This document shows positions 50,965 through 63,943 of a stretch of 64,000 nt of DNA, piece after piece. Below the pieces are notes generated by a model that did no database searches, was not told the origin of the DNA, and saw nothing but the letters and a program-made list of their open reading frames with translations. Position 1 is the first letter of the stretch. Every line of letters begins with the position of its first letter. Source of the stretch: Tubulanus polymorphus (Eukaryota; Animalia; Nemertea). Position numbers and translations under genes: made by a program. Location: contig NC_134028.1 in the NCBI RefSeq assembly GCF_964204645.1, forward strand, positions 9,424,001 to 9,488,000. The letters are read 5' to 3'.

Positions 50965-53320
50965 CACTCCACAAGTAATAATAACATTGCACAGAGCACA
51001 AAAGTAGCGCATAGATTACAGCATATTACAAAAAATATAATGATAGTATTGATAATAATTATATTTATAATTATAACAATTATGATAATAGTAAAAATAA
51101 TAATAAAAGTGATAGCAGTAATATAATACTTATAATAATAATAATTATAATATAATGAAATTATAATGCAAAAGATGAGGCGGAATTGTAGTATCGAGAT
51201 CCGATAATTATACACCATATTAGGTAAATGATTTGATACCTTTTTTAATGAATATCGCCAGATTGAGCAAAGTTTTACCTGTCGAACAGAAAAGGTTATG
51301 TAAGGTATTTTCATTGGGATGTCGCCAGTAGTAACTAGGTATAAACTTGCTTCTCAGGCTTTGAAAAAAGGGACATACTAAAAGAAAATGGAATTCGTCT
51401 CCAGTTGCTGCCAAATGACATTTCTGACAAATTCTATGGTTTCGCTCAATCTGGCGATATCTACCGATTTCAATAGGTAACTTACGGTTCGAACATCTGA
51501 ATCGACACAAGGCTAGGCGGAGACTGGGGGGTAATTTGGTCAGGTACTCGAATTTAAAACAGTTTTTAAAACGCTTGTAGGTTAAGCAAATTGGTGTTTC
51601 GTTGACCTTGGAGTGCCAGCCTTGTGCGTACTGATCCATGCGTCTCTGTTTCAAAATACTATAAAGATAATTAGCACTGGGTACAGATTGAGTTTCCCAA
51701 GCGTGGCCGAGACCATTTTTACAAGAATATTTTTAACACTAAGAATCCAAGCGTTACTCCGACCACCGTGGTGCGTTTGATAGATATATTTGTACATAAA
51801 AGAAGAGAAATGTTCAGTCTGAATTATCAATTTTGTCCAAAATTTAACGATTCTCAGTTTAACATAAATCTCTAAAGGATAGCGCCCAAGCTCACCGTAA
51901 ATAAATACACTAGACGTAGACCTTTTCAATCTGAGTAAATATTTAAGAAATTGTAGCTGAACACGCTCGAGTACCTGTGTGTTCTCATATCCCCAAATTT
52001 CACAGCCAAACAGCAATATAGGTAATACCATACTATCATAAAGTTTCAAGGTCAGATCTAGGTCTAATGAATGTTCACTTGACTTTTTTAATACAAAAAT
52101 ACCGCTTTCATAGCTTGTTCCGAAAGAGTTTTACGACATTGTGTGAACGATCCAGTGTATGAAAAGAGAACACCCAGGTACTTGAATTTATCAACTATTT
52201 CTAATTTGTGACCATTATTGTAAAATTCTGGTATGATTCTTAATCTTCTTTTCGAGAAGATGATGACCTTTGTCTTGTCATTATTAATTGAAAGTTTCCA
52301 TTCTTGGCAATATTCACAGAGATTATCTATAAGTTTTTAGAGTCCCTCGGGCGAATCACTTAATAAAACCGTGTCATCTGCATACATGAGAATTAAAAGT
52401 TGGAACCATGGCACATTGTTAGGTCCGAAAAAATTTAGAGTTGGACTATTTCTTTCTGATAGATAGCTTTCCAGGTCGTTTAAAAAGATAGAAAATAATA
52501 TAGGAGACAGATTTTCACCTTGTCTTACCCCTAAATAGCTATAAAAAAATCTGACATTTTATTATCGGAAAAAAACACATGATTTGATACCTTGATACAT
52601 TTTATGTATAACGTTAAGTACTTTGCCAGTGACACCACTGTTAATTAGTTTGTGCCACAAGGCCTTTCTCCAGATAGAGTCGAAAGCTTTTTTATAATCT
52701 ATGAAAATACAATAGAGTTTTTGGTTGTTGTTTAGGAAGGTGTCGACTAGAGCCTTGAGGGTAAATACGTGGTCCATAATGCTATGGTTCTTCCTAAAAC
52801 CGGCCTGGTTCTGTAGCAAAAGATTGTTAATTTCTAAGTACTCAGTAATTCTTTCGTTGATAATACTAGTGAATAGTTTGCCAATATTGCTTAAAAGGGT
52901 GATTCCCCTATAATTATCGGGGTCCTTTTCGCTACCTTTTTGTTTAAAGAAAGGGACAATGATGCCTTTCAGCCATGACTCTGGAATAGTGCCTGTATCG
53001 AGAGCATTATTAAAAAGGTTTACTAATAAAGGTAGTACTGATTCTTCGGCACTTTTGAGGAACTCATTCGGTATCCCATCGATACCACAGGCCTTGAAAT
53101 TTTTTTGCTTTTTAATACATTTTGAGATTTCTTCCCTAGAGAACGGTTGATTCAAAGGGCCATGGTCAAAGTTACTACCTATAAATTCATCAACGTTATT
53201 TAATAGAGGTTCGTTTCCGTTTAAAACTGGTCTTTCATTCATAGATTTGAAATGTTGGAAGAGATCGGAGTTTGGAACTTTGCACGAATTGTAATCTGAT
53301 TTTTTGTATACTTTAACCAT
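50933..53320 (-). mobile_element. 5'-truncated non-LTR retrotransposon (LINE; RTE-X-like by motif impression)
   Basis: RT and C-terminal coding remnants, ~255-bp AT-rich 3'UTR, AATAAA (50959-50964, minus) and (TAAAC)6 tail (50933-50962); the endonuclease domain is absent. Confidence 0.95.
51220..53320 (-). pseudogene. Frameshifted LINE ORF2: reverse transcriptase plus C-terminal Cys/His motif
   Basis: Motifs YRGITLLSNIGKLF, NQAGFR, FIDYKKAFDS (ORF 52562-53320); GVRQGENLSP, LMYADD, FKYLG (read manually ~52170-52540); YGELGRYPL (51651-52049); CQKC...DEFHFLLVC (51220-51654). The frame is broken at least three times. Confidence 0.95.
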
Positions 53321-53748
53321 CTGACCATGGACTTCAAGTAATCAGTTGAGATGGTTGCTCGAAGGTCTAACCATGGACTTCTAGCGATCAGTTGAGATGA
53401 TTGCTCGTAGGTCTAACCATGGACTTCAAGCATCAGTTGAAATGGTTGCTTTTAGGTCTAACCATGGACTTGCAAGCAATCAGTTGAGATGATTGCTCCT
53501 AGGTCTAACCATGGACTTCAAGCAATCAGTTGAAATGATTGCTCCTAGGTCTAACCATAGACTTCAAGCTATCAGTTGAGATGATTGCTCCTAGGTCTGA
53601 CCATGGACTTGCAAGCAATCGGTCGAAATGATTGCTCCTACGTCTAACCATGGAGTTCAAGCAATCAGTTAAGATGGTTGCTGGTAGGTCTTACCATGGA
53701 CTTGCAAGCAATCAGTTGAGATGATTGCTCGTATGTCTAACCATGGAC
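53321..53748. repeat. 46-bp minisatellite, about 9.3 units, hairpin-containing
   Basis: Consensus CTAACCATGGACTTCAAGCAATCAGTTGAGATGATTGCTCSTAGGT, containing AGCAATCA-N7-TGATTGCT; a further partial unit lies at 50889-50933 on the other side of the LINE. Confidence 0.95.
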
Positions 53749-54916
53749 ACCATGGTCTCAAACCGAAATTATAGTCCCAGTAGCTAGTGGCGCCATCTAC
53801 CGATTCGCATTCGAAATCGATGACTGTAGCGATTACTGATTACTAATAGAGAATTCCTGTAGAGAACCCCATAAAACTAACCGTTACCCCCGAGTGAGTT
53901 GTAAGCTTGCGCAAGTGTGAAACAGTTGTGGGTAACACTCCGATCTGTGAACCCTGTTGTGGTATAATCCGCCATGTCAATCAGATTTTCACACTTCGAG
54001 AGTTTATTTCCAGCACTCATTAAACCGTATGCTTTATGTAAATCTAAATTTCGTTCATATTTTCAATTCATTCGAAAACACTGCGCTAAACGTGTCGTGT
54101 GGTAAACTATAAAAAATGATAACTGTAAATTTACAACAACAAAAATTATGGCTGTAAGTTTATTCAAAGGCTTGGTAGTTTTATTTTGAACCATGGAAGC
54201 CAAAATGATAATTCACAGATAGAAATTATTACGATTTAATGTAATTTTTCTGTAAATTTACTCATCAAACTTGTCATTACACTGGTTGACATGTAAATTT
54301 ATTAATCAAAAGTAAAACTACAAAAGCCTCTGGCAAAACTATTGCCCCAATTTGTTTTGTGAATTCGAAACATTCTTTTTTTCATCTTGAAATAGGGATT
54401 GTCCCGGTTAATTATTAAATCAGTAGATTTCGTTTGATTTGTTTTGCTTTTTACATGTTGTTGATCGGCAAATTGTACATCAATGACGTGGTTTTGTGGC
54501 AAAGATTAATCTTTATCTAAGAAAATAAGAAGAAGTAAATGGTGCAGAAACATCATATTGGGAAAGCAATAGGGAGGTTTTTATCAACGATAATTCTTCA
54601 CTCAAGCACAGATGTTGTATTCAGTAATGAAACCGAAGGCCGGGGGGAACTTAGGCCTATATCTATTTTTTCTTGTTTACATGAACGTCAACCCTCAGAA
54701 AAAATGACGAGCTTCTGTCGTACGGCCGACTGTGAATCGGCCTAATGAACCGGCAAATGCGGAAAAGTGCGACGCAGGGCTTGAACCATTTTTTCTTGAA
54801 TGGTTTACGTCTTATATTTAATTTAGTTACGCCTCGCTAAAAGGCTCTGGTTGTATCTATGTAATTTACAGAGTAGTGTATATAATCATCTATTGACGTA
54901 GGTGGGGCAGCCCGAA

Positions 54917-55126
54917 ATTGTCGACGAGTAAAATCGGTCGACAATCAGGATTGTAGACATTGTCGACGAGTACAATCGGTCGACAATCAGGTTTGTAGAC
55001 ATTGTCGACGAGTAGAATCGGTCGACAATCAGGTTTGTAGACAATGTCGACGAGTACACTCGGTCGACATTCAGATTGTAGACATTGTCGACGATTGTCG
55101 ACGAGTAGAATCGGTCGACAATCAGG
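54917..55126. repeat. 42-bp minisatellite, 5 units, palindromic
   Basis: Units at 54917, 54959, 55001, 55043 and 55084; consensus ATTGTCGACGAGTAGAATCGGTCGACAATCAGGTTTGTAGAC. Confidence 0.95.
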
Positions 55127-56396
55127 AACCGAACCACTCACTTCATTAAAGAACCCCCCCCCCCCACGACGGAACTATATTGACCTATTCTGGAGTTGAA
55201 CCAGACAAGGCGTACGCATATATGGTTATCTGATTCTATGAAAAAAATACGTTGAAAACATAAACAAGTTTAAATGTTAACTGCATCGCAATGGACGATG
55301 CAATTGCGTCACATCACGTCACGGGATTGATTTGTTGAAATTTACGACCGACTTGATTAGCTTATTGTCGCGCACTAATTGCGAAATTATTCCGGTAATT
55401 ATGACACTTTTACTGACAAGAATTAGCATGCAGAGAGTCTCAGCTGCTCCGACGTCCGAGAAATGATGTAATACATGCAACTCGAGCCTATTGTCTACCT
55501 GAAATGTGTGAACACTGTATTGACGTGAAGGCGTTTAACACACGCGACGGAAACGTCCAACACGTACACGCATCATCAACAACAATGAGAACAGTTTAAC
55601 GCACTTAAATGTCCTACATAATGCGTGTATGTCACAGAGTTGCTAGGACCAGGGAGGTGGTAGGACCATGGATGTATTCAACGCTAGTTTATGACCACGT
55701 ATGACGTACGTAGTCAACTCATCACCAAGAGCGGCGCCACCTGTATTAAAGGGAGGAAGGAATATTAATTCAAGGAAACTTTTTACCTTAGTGATAATAT
55801 ACTAGGATACTTATAAACCATTTTTGCGCGTTAAAAATGTGACCAATTGTTTTCTCTGTGGAACCAGCTCTTATTACGGAGTAAATTCAGTTTTAGGCAA
55901 TCAAATATATAAGTCATTTTGGCATTATGTACTAATATATATATATGTACAGAGATAGAGCCTCATCATTTCAATCAGAATCAAAAAGGTTGATTATGAA
56001 AATGCAGTTTAGACTGAAATTATTGGAGGGGGGCTGAACATCACAACTAATTTGAGATGAAAAGTCAAACCCCAATACGATAATAAAGATTTCCCCCTAA
56101 TACGATTCATACGAATGTAGTTTACGAGAGGTGTCTTGCTCTCCATAGCAGAAAAACGTGTCAGATTTCTCAATTCAGCGTAATACGTAACACTTCAATT
56201 ACAACATCGACGCCTGCGTATGGTCACCTTACCTGACTTTTATGTCTTCAGGTCTCGGTTGTGAAGCACTACCTAGACCTAATTCCATCCGTAACCGAAT
56301 CTCTTAAATGCCGCTGAGACAGATTACTATACTATAAACACCTTAAGCACGATCTGTAAGAAAGAAATGTAAAGCATGTTTTTCAAGTATTACTTG

Positions 56397-56449
56397 TATG
56401 AGTATGGGTATGGGTATGAGTATGGGTATGGGTATGAGTATGGGTATGC

Positions 56450-56496
<47 letters not shown>

Positions 56497-56648
56497 AGTA
56501 TGAGTATGGGTATGGGTATGAGTATGGGTATGCGTATGGGTATGGGTATGCGCATGGGTATGGGTATGGGTATGAGTAGGGGTATTTGTATGGGTATTGG
56601 TATGGGTATGGGTAGGGTATGGGTATGGGTATGGGTATATGCGTATGC
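56397..56648. repeat. (TATGGG)n hexamer microsatellite with TATGAG/TATGCG variants
   Basis: About 42 hexamers; explains the PI/YG/HT/MG-repeat ORFs. Confidence 0.97.
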
Positions 56649-59519
56649 ATTGGTAACTGGGCAAAATGGTTTTTGACATTCGTTCAGAATTAGAGAGGAG
56701 ATTCGATACTTGGCGGAAACTGAGAACACCGCGATACTTTACGTAAAAGCGGGTTTTGACGGAGAACTTTCTGATTCGACGCGTTATTTATGGTGTTGCC
56801 GACCCCAATCAGATTCTGAAAATAGCCGTAAAAATCGATAGGAATCATTCCAGGTTGTGCATTTCATTGTCAAGTCTTTCACATTACTGTTTGATAAACG
56901 ATCGCATAGTTTTAAGACATCCGGTAGACAGCGAGGAGCGAGCGCAGAACGAGCGCTGAGGAGAGAGAAATCTTATACCAGTTACAGCCCATAATTCAAT
57001 AGCGTTTCTCTCGCCGTCATCGCGAGCCCGTCTTTCGCTGTCGATGCCATTTAGACCGGCAACAAATGATTACTGTCCAAAGCCTCGGCTACCAGTTGAA
57101 CTCAATCAACCTCAGCCGGTTCATTACGACCGACCAAGAATTACTGTGTTATTAGTATTAGATCATTCTAGCAAATACTTTTCCATCGATAGGCAATTCT
57201 CCGAGGACGCAGATATGATCGGAAACGCATCGGATCTTGTTGAGTAATCGGCGCATCAATTCACCAATGGTCGAAACGAAACCGTTATTACCAGTCTTTA
57301 AGTATGTATATATACATCGAACGAGAACTGGTGGCATTTGATAATTAGATTTTCGCGCATTTCGCAAAATACAATGATATTAAACGCGATCGTATCGTAA
57401 CTGGAGTCAATTCCGCCGCGCGGATCTATCTGATATAACCGCGACAGAGATTGCAGCTGCAACATAGAATATCGCGGCCTTGTGTAACCATCTCCGTGGC
57501 CGTAATTTCGTTATCGGAAAACCCGAGTTGGAAACTTGTAATCAAATAAGTTAGTATCGTAGATTCCCCTTTTCGTCCATCGAAATATATGTGCATCCAC
57601 AAGGCCTTTTTTCGATAGCTTGGTTTAGACTTATTTAGATATCATTTCAGAAGAGGGAATGAAAAGGTCCCTTGGTAAAATAAAATCACTTTTTGAAGGA
57701 AGAGGGAACTGTCGGTAGGGCAATATACACATGTCCAAACAAATGATTCTTTGAAAGTTCGAATTCTGCACACTGCGATCACAAAAGAACCTCGCGTTAT
57801 TCATTTTTTTTTATCTTCAAGCCAGCATTCTCATTCGGCAGAGGTGCAAACATCTTTTGCTCATTTTTTCACCGAATTCGTTCCACGGACGGGAATGAAA
57901 AAAGATGAAATTTATTTTCATTTTACGTACTTTTCTTCAAATTTCGGAGGCGGTTCCCGTAAACCAAGCTATTAAAAAAGTTTTACTTAATGATACTGGC
58001 CAGTCTATGAAGCTGGTGCATGTGTCTCTCATGTCTTCATTATAATGATTCGAAGGAAGTTAACTCTGGTTTTGGCATGAGAAAACAAACACAAAGGGCC
58101 TCGATGGACAAGTCAGGAACTAAACCGTTATTACCGGGGGTAAGTTACCCTTATTTTGAACCTTCTCGGTCGTCAGACGCGCGACAGAACAATATGACAA
58201 CCCCGGCGTACTTCGGACAAAAATAGACAATAATTGTTTAAGGCGATTACAAAAAGACAAAGCGTGCCTCTGTTTTCTGAAGTCGGATAACATGATCCCG
58301 TGGGGCGAGTATTTCAGCCAACCGGAATCTTTTTGTTGATGTTTTGGGTCGTCAGAATTCGATAATTACCGCCTGACGAGAATTCACAATCTCTGCATAT
58401 CTTTTTTATATCTTAGATAAGGATGGTTGTTCCTCTTATTAAGTTGGTTGATTGGTTATCATTATTTGGCGCGCACGAGCATATGAAATATCCACCGCCA
58501 CACCCGTCGGTGCGAAGAGGGCCTTTCATTTTGAAATCGGAAATTGTTGGATGATTGGTCGAATTGATATAGTAGTTCATACATTCAAAGTATAATATAT
58601 GCAGTAAACCTCGCAAAGGACAAACTGGGACCGGCAAAATCGTTCTGAGGTAATCATCGAGTTAAGATTTGACTCTGAGTCAACTCATCGAAAATGAACT
58701 AACTTTAATTCGGAGTTAACTCTAACTCACGACTGTGGAAATGGGACCATGGTTTCAAGTAAACTTCCATTCAGCCTATACTGCCATTCTACGAGTGAGA
58801 GAGACTGTGGCTGGGTTTTTTTGTTGACTGCCTTTGACACAGATTTGGAAATACCCGAGATCGTCAAGATCGCGCGTCGTCCGTCTTAGTATTTTTGGTC
58901 ATTTTCCACGTGTACTATTTCGCGTGAGTCTGTGCTGAAATAAGCAAATATGAAAGATGGCAGTGTTAGTGGTTCGTAGCTCTATCGTGGCTGAGTTGTG
59001 AACGGTTAGTCGCTGTCCATGAAATATGTATCGCGTGAATTATGATGGATGTTACTATGAATACTCGCGTATAGGTTTTTGATATTGATATACGACCAGA
59101 AAATAAAGGGCGTGAACTCCAATAATGGTTTTGGTTTGTAATTATTGGTATGAACGAAAGGATGAAATGTGCGTCGATGCACACGTAAAAAATAATGGTT
59201 TATGCTCTAAAAGCACTATATACGTGCTGAATATGAATTGCTACAAAAAGAAAAGCAAAACAAGAACCAAATTCGTATGCATTATACCATTAAAGTCAAT
59301 TTTTGAGACCATAAATAAGACTTTTACGACTAAAGTTGTGAGATTAAGACCAGCGCGTACGACTTGGAAACAAGTTACTTGAGCTGACGATCGACTGCGA
59401 CACCATGTGAGGACTATGCTTTTTGGATTATCTAATCATGCACCAAAAAAATAATTGTTATGATTACTACATGTCCTCAGTAGGAATACTGTACGCCACA
59501 ACACGACCATCATGGACCT

Positions 59520-59853
59520 CAGTGGCGGATCCACGGCCGGGCGCACCCGGCGCGCTCCAACAGTACCCCCATTTTTCGGCCGACCAAGCATTTCAAAAAC
59601 ATACTTAGTCATAAATACTGCTCTCAAAACTTTGGCACAAAATTCGTCACTACAATCTTTTGATTTTTTTGGCAAAAAATGCCCAGAATGCACCAGAAAG
59701 CATCTAATTTTCAGGTACATGACCCAGGCCCCGAGTTGCAGTGCGTTCGGCGTTCGCAAAAGGGTGGTGCACGTGTTATGCGCTCTTTACCGCATCATCT
59801 TAGTTCAATTGTTCCAATTAAGACAGCTTTCCAAAATCACGAAACCGCCCCTG
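59520..59853. mobile_element. hAT-like MITE
   Basis: CAGTGGCGG...CCGCCCCTG termini; a similar left end CAGTGGCGGATC lies at ~28494; no TSD recognised. Confidence 0.55.
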
Positions 59854-60219
59854 TATATGAATTCTCAAAAAACATTTGAAAATGGGATAATAGAATGAGT
59901 GCGTTGAATACAGTACAAATGCCGAATGTAACTATGTAAAATTGAACATCGGTCGTTTGTGAGTTCAGAAAAAAAGTTTTACTTTTACTTTGAAAAAGAA
60001 TGGCCAATGCATTTATACATAGCGCCTCCATGTATTCTGCCTTATGAAGAAAAGATGATCGTAACCCGGACCGATCACCGAGGGAAACCAGCAAGAGCGC
60101 TTTGTAATAATGAAAATTGCCAATTGTATCGGTTGTTGTCGGGTAGGAAACCATTATGTTCGCGTCTATCTGCACCCTACCGGGTCGTAAATTCGGTTCC
60201 GTTTCTGTTGCTTATTGAC

Positions 60220-60234
60220 CCAGCAGGGGGCGCT
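60220..60234 (+). promoter_or_regulatory. CTCF-consensus motif
   Basis: CCAGCAGGGGGCGCT matches the CCASYAGRKGGCRS core; binding is untested. Confidence 0.45.
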
Positions 60235-61802
60235 ATACTTCGAGAAGCCTTTGCTATTGTAGACGAGGAAATGATTGCCTCGGAAATTTGTACTCGCACC
60301 TCTGATCATTAATACATTGTAAGTAAAATAGGGGGTAGATTATGACCTATCCATGCGTACCTATACATAATGATGCCCTTCGACAGCTGTATTGATATCT
60401 AATTTATGATACAAGAGGACCATAAGAGCCTAAAATCCTGGGTAGCAGCGTGTTTAAATAGCAGCGTCAATATTGTCATTTTCGTATTTTGTCAATTTTT
60501 CGTTCGTCTAATGTGTTTCTTGGCTTTTCCATAGATCAGAGACAGATATTACGTTGTTTGCATCAACATGAAAAAAATTGCGTTCGCGAAACATATTCGT
60601 ATCTAGTTCATACGTATACATGAAGTTGTCAATGGTAACAATATGATGGCTGCCATTAGCGATGCTTCATATAGAGCTTACACAATTCTACCTGTATTTT
60701 CACATGATCGATCTTTTGTTCTGAGAAAACATTATCATTCGTGCCGAACAATGCGTTGTAAGGCTCGACTCGTGTTTCCGCCTCACGGGAATTATTTTAC
60801 GACGAACGGAGGGAGAAGTCGCGGAGGCATTTCCGCCTGTCTGTTCTGGGTCTTCATTATCGATCCTGTTGCATGCAGCGTGACATACCTGCATCCAGGT
60901 TCAGCGCGGCGAACTGTTTTTTTCCTTTCTGGTGGCCTCCGGCATTTTCAAATTTAAACGCAAGACCCGGATCGATACACCTGTCGAGCTCGGCCATTTT
61001 GGTGTTATTGTCTGCAGAAATTTATGAAACGAGTTTTTAATAGCTTCGATCAATCACCCCGATTGCGAGGTATGCGCTGGAGAGCTTGGCAAAACCTCGG
61101 AGTAATCATTTGATTACTCCGAGCTAAAGCCTGTGGAACTGACTCCCCGTATACAGGGCCTACATTCCGTTTTCATCCCATTCTTCGTAGATCAGCGACC
61201 TTGCCATTTCTCGCCATTTCGAAATCAGACGAACGTTATCGGCAATGATTCGGCACTGATGCCGTTCAAAATTGAATTTCTATCGAATTCCATATCACAC
61301 GGTGATTGATGATTGCAGATCGAGCAAAATCATGAATATCACACAAAATCCCGGCTTCATCTCTCAGATATCGTATATCGATATATCTAGTGAACTATTC
61401 GAATATCAAAGATATATCATGCGTTATTATCTGATGGTAATGTAACATATCAGATGCATTCATCTGTGTGATCATTGTGCGCCATTTATACCTGACACAT
61501 TCTGGCTCCGCGATAGAGAGAGACATCGGATGAATGTTTGATGGGAATCCAGCATCGCTCCATTCTTGGCTCCGTTCGTTCGCCATGTTCAATGAAATAG
61601 TGTATATCCAAAACTAGATTCTACCCGATTTTTACACCCCAGATTGAATACCGAGTTAGCAATTAATTACTTAAATGTCGGGCCATTTTGCATACATTTT
61701 CCTTTGTATTTGCATTAGGCCTTTTTGTATTTCCTTTTTATTTGCATTTTCAAATTTCATTCGCAAGACTTTATGCCGAGAGCTGATAAGGAATCATTGA
61801 TG

Positions 61803-62056
61803 CTGGGGCGTATCCAGAATTAGACATAGGGGGATTACAAGGTACATTCTTATCAACTGCAAGTGCCGAGCGCCGAACCTTTTTTGGCGGGGAGGGGGTC
61901 TGAAAAATAGGAGCCTCCAGATGCATTTTCCTGCATTTAACCGTTTCCTGTATTTAACATTTAGTGACGTTTAGGAGGGAATAGCAGTGTTAAAAGGAAA
62001 AGAACATTTTTTCAGGGGGGTTCCATGGTGTTTACCATCCCCCTGGATCCGCCCTG
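61803..62056. mobile_element. hAT-like MITE
   Basis: CTGGGGCGTATCCAG imperfectly mirrors CTGGATCCGCCCTG; TGATG directly flanks both ends. Confidence 0.55.
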
Positions 62057-62918
62057 TGATGAATTATTGACAATGTAGGCCTACTGGTGCATATTCCACG
62101 GGCCGTAGTAGTATAGATGTCTACGGTTGGGATACAGTTTTTTTATTTTATTGCTCCGGTTTTATGCGGCCGTGTGTTTGTATATTGGTTGTGTAAAAAG
62201 CTCAATAGATCATTCATTCATTATAAATGACTCTGTGATAGATATGTTTACGCAACTAATATCAGGTGAAACGAAATGAACACGAGTCTCAATTATTAAA
62301 AAACAATTTTCATTCACGTATACGGTATACGGTACCGCGGCTGCTCGCGCGGTTCTCACATTCCTACGGGGAATATCAGAATAAACATATCAATACGCGA
62401 ACATCGATTAAAACAACCGCTTTTTACATAATCGATTCGCTTGTAAAATTCATATCGGTACATCATTTTAATTGGATGCAGGCTCAACAAGTAATATTTA
62501 TGGCCATAGCGATAAAATGATCTGGAAAACGCGCTGTCGTTGACAACATAACCGAGCCACACGATATAAGGGTTCCAGTTTTACAATACCCGTGCGGGTT
62601 ACAGTTTTTTACCTATAAATGCAATTGATTCACTACGCATCGAGAAATTGTATTTCGCTTAATCATTTAGGAAATATGCAAATGACCTGGATGCAGGAAT
62701 GCCACGGGCTACAATGACATGTATACATATATATCTGTACACAATATGGACCGCAGCATATGTTTTAAAATGTTAATACCCAAATGTACAAATTTGATAG
62801 AAGGCCATTTGGATCCGATCATGAACACGTATAGATTATATTCTAAGTTCTTCGTCCACGATCTGATGGTGATGTGGTGAAAGATGCTATAACTTTTTAC
62901 TGCATTTTAGTGCCAATT

Positions 62919-63232
62919 CACGGCCCGTGTCGAGCTTTTTAATGGGCAGTTCTATTTCCAGAAAAAGGGCCCTTTTTACCGTGAAAATGACATTTCCTAT
63001 TGAAAGAGGACAGATCTTAACATGAAGTGCCCGGGTACCCAAACCTGAATAGAACATTTCAGAATGGATAACTTTTTATTTTCTAAAAAAAAATCATGAA
63101 AATTGTATCCAAACTTCCAAAATCTTGACCCAAATTTTTTGACACTAACTTTTTGAAGGGCACTTTGAAAATTTTAGGGGTTCGTTCGCTAACCCCGAAC
63201 CTCCCCCCCCCCTCCCTCTCAGCACGGGGCTA
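62919..63232 (+). mobile_element. hAT-like MITE family B, near full length
   Basis: CACGGCCCGTG ... GCACGGGGCT termini; internal homology to 20562-20802 and 22652-22763. Confidence 0.7.
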
Positions 63233-63943
63233 ATCCACTGGATCATGCGTGGACATCGGCTCTGGCATAAGACATTCTATTTCGATTCCCATCCCAGGAA
63301 AATCACGGATAGACTTTATTTGGTGGTCGTATAGTTGTAATGGACTATTATACGGCAGGTATCGTTAAGCCGGGAAGTTACCAATACCGCCTACTGGGTT
63401 TAGTTCTGGGGATGATGGTATACGTATAATTACGCTAAACTTACCGGGGTGATGAATGAAGTAACAATTTTCGCTCTTTCGGGCTGATGGTGTATGTTTA
63501 CCGGGAAACTGTAACAGTTGCTGCAATCCTGCAAACAGAGTCTCTATAGTTAATTACGGATAAACAATAATCATACAATTACTGAGGTGGTGCAGTTATT
63601 TATATCATTATACAATCATCATTACGCTACTGTTAGCGGTATATTAACAGCCAGTCCCCCTGCTGTTTATTGCACTCGGTGAACAGGTTTTCATTTTTCC
63701 TCGACAAAACCGAATCTTCACAGCACAACAAACAACCTAATCCCATTGTTATACCTCTTTCACACGGAGTCTCGTACTGTATCACTTTATCTTCTCCGGC
63801 AGAACAACGCTGAAAAAAGCTGAAAGAAAAACAACTCACGAAATTTGAGCTGATCATTGAACTGTTCATTATCTAATAAGGAGTCTGCAGTCGACTGTGG
63901 ACGTTGAGGATTCGGCTTGTGGAATCCAACAGGTTGCAGCAGT

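Noticed and set aside
50964-51314. 116-aa hydrophobic ORF
   Set aside because: An alternative frame over the LINE C-terminus and its low-complexity ATT-rich 3'UTR.
53321-53748. CRISPR array (regular palindromic repeats)
   Set aside because: Units are head-to-tail with no unique spacers, there are no cas genes, and the context is eukaryotic; the same applies to both 42-bp arrays.
56343-56729. ORFs encoding PI-, YG-, HT-, YP- or MG-repeat proteins
   Set aside because: They are translations of the (TATGGG)n microsatellite, open in many frames on both strands.
58958-59020. miR-34-like microRNA (TGGCAGTGT seed)
   Set aside because: Similarity is limited to the seed with gaps afterwards, and no convincing precursor hairpin forms.
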